From Halocafeteria seosinensis (lineage: Eukaryota): 35,631 nucleotides of DNA. The stretch spans positions 310,001-345,631 of the forward strand of contig LVLI01000194.1 of NCBI GenBank assembly GCA_001687465.1, in the 5' to 3' direction. A program made the translations under genes and the position numbers. Every line of letters starts with the position of its first letter. Positions within the stretch are counted from its first letter, which is position 1. Shown here piece by piece: positions 34,701-35,631 of the stretch. The notes under the pieces were generated by a model. It made no database searches. It had not been told where the DNA came from and saw nothing but the letters and a program-made list of their open reading frames with translations.

Positions 34701-35034
34701 TTCGAATCATTTCTACAATGATGGCTACCCAAATCATGCAAGGCATGGGCCCCCAAAAGTAGCTCAAGAACTTGAGGAAGAGATTCACTTCCTCCTCGGC
34801 CAATTCATTGTACCCATATTGTTGACGACGCCGTTCCACTTCATCATGCGTAAGACCGGTGGCATGATCAGTATGGCTTATCATCTCCATGTCTTTACGA
34901 TGTTGTTCCGCCTCCCATTCTCCCTTGGATTTTCCATGGCCTTCCTCAGAGCCCCCTCCGACTTCGGGGTCGTTAGTTCCTTCATCGAGGAGGGGTTGCT
35001 TCTGGTAGTCTGTGCTTCCGTTCACACTCGTCAT
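31762..35034 (-). CDS. PMA1: Plasma-membrane P3A-type H+-ATPase
   Basis: TGESLP, ASIPIAM, phosphorylation motif CSDKTGTLT, KGAPQ, DPPR, MITGD, GMTGDGVNDAPALK and the M6 ILNDG proton-acceptor Asp. A possible terminal intron (31765-31667) would extend the C-terminus to 31651. Confidence 0.97.
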   Translation of the reverse strand: MTSVNGSTDYQKQPLLDEGTNDPEVGGGSEEGHGKSKGEWEAEQHRKDMEMISHTDHATGLTHDEVERRRQQYGYNELAEEEVNLFLKFLSYFWGPMPCMIWVAIIVEMIRSSIEASKGEDSGEGWADFGVLLLLQLINGCVGFYEEHNAGNAIAALKQQLAPKCFAFRNGEWHSISARELVPGDYIQVKLGDVIPADAILLGKNFDSLEVDQAALTGESLPVTTYHGEKVLMGSSVKRGELDAIVCATGENTFFGKAAGMIASVDSVGHFQKILLKITTFLLIISCILCIIILIVLLVRSNGKDVFTNIGIVIVLLVASIPIAMQVVCTSTMAVGARRLADKKVIVARLSAIEELAAMTVLCSDKTGTLTKNQLECRQPFLVSDMDEKEMLFYSALAAKRIKGNQDAIDYCICEKVAANSGGSEPRFDAFEELEFHPFNPTDKRTEATLLSPKVQDPSGKRTQHIFKVTKGAPQVVLKLCLEDPNSSYSEENRKELWNRVTASIQDLADRGFRALGVAIKYSEGEIDTENLENNKFGGWEFQGLLSLFDPPRDDTKATIEEATNSGVEVKMITGDQTAIAKETCRELGMGTNILNSQLLHDDKVNEEMLSDYIMDSNGFAEVMPEDKFEIVNAVRKKGHTVGMTGDGVNDAPALKRADIGIAVEGATDAARAAADIVLTEPGLSVIIDAMQRSRKIFQRMRNYCIYRIACTIELLLFFFFAIIFVEPSNSSFFGSHDGSNTTVQSCKHDGRMDVNNSYNSSFYLPVIALVVITILNDGTIITIAHDKVIPEKRPQHWDLWEVMIISSVQGAIACLGSLILVVVCFQASWHQACQGNADSGIAYMFGDEGQCKEKHNCPNGQNTLKYVDFGSVQTLVYLKISLSDFLTVFSARTRGFFWERRPGYALLTAFIFATTVSTILSLWWPEVFRQAIDFPGGENGDQVHGESALKTMKRLADVPKSFGSRGHSVGFIWIYSFLNFAAQDIAKVGAYWLLSKIVHKEGDDRVEEVKRRAKVGTALGDSDRAARQIPGPAREASILREASKYYMKEDEKNQLMNRLTTLEKEVSRLRKLVGEDGSGGGAASKPSSK

Positions 35035-35106
35035 TTGAAGCTGCAGCAGAGAGAATAAAACGGAAACATGATACCATAATACGAAGAGTATTGCGCATCT
35101 TATGGT

Positions 35107-35188
35107 TCACACTCCACATTCACACAGATGCATGCCCGTGCAAACACACACCCACACACACAGAGGGAGTCACACAGACAAAGAACAC
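35107..35188. repeat. Imperfect CA-rich low-complexity tract upstream of the ATPase start (probably in a 5'UTR intron)
   Basis: cacactccacattcacacag...aacacacacccacacacacagagggagtcacacagac. A minus-strand pyrimidine tract and CAG acceptor sit 6 nt before the ATG; a candidate GTAAGT donor is at 35511. Confidence 0.55.
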
Positions 35189-35631
35189 GTAGATACAGGT
35201 TATCCCTCTTTATACACTTGGCGGCAAAAGCTGGGAGCATACAACACCCTGAGCATCCCAGGGTGAAGCGGAGTCAGATTGCTTATGGTTCGCCACGAAT
35301 TCTGGATACGCTAACCCCGTGCAGAGCTTCCACAGAAGAATTTAACACGTCTATGAACGAGAAGCAGCCAAATGGGAAGTGTATAAACACACCCCTACGC
35401 AAGGCAAACACCACGCCTCGTCCGGCCCTTGGCATATCCCACTGACACCTCCTTCCTCCGCCAGACTTTTTGAGGACATTATATGCTCCAACACGGACAT
35501 CTCGTACTTACATCTGAATATTCCTTACGCGACATGTAATCTGTAATGCGAAGAAGAAAGATTCACTCTTTCAAATGTATCAACCAGTCGCTCTTTGTAT
35601 GTTTGCGCAAGGTTTTTGTCCCGCGCCTTTT

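Overview
Gene-dense eukaryotic nuclear DNA with short GT-AG introns (mostly 60-100 nt) and the standard genetic code. It is most likely from a flagellated stramenopile, because it carries a tubular-mastigoneme (Ocm/Sig) family module. Eleven protein genes can be reconstructed by hand: a COG0523/CobW metal-chaperone GTPase (cut by the window start), CtIP/Sae2, TMEM115, a long Nup133, Prp6, Nup85, an ABHD11-like hydrolase, a SpoU/TrmH methyltransferase, a ~2020-aa secreted protein, threonine/serine dehydratase and a P3A H+-ATPase. The most striking item is the secreted protein (22952-29087). It has a signal peptide, an RRL site, about six long acidic cadherin-like repeats, a ZU5-like domain ending in an HF/S autoproteolysis motif, and then a complete mastigoneme module. 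This suggests a self-cleaving adhesin built onto a flagellar-hair subunit. Also notable: two Y-complex nucleoporin genes flank Prp6, there is a decayed tandemly duplicated ORF, and there are several candidate structured RNAs. All family assignments come from motif recognition by eye, not database searches.
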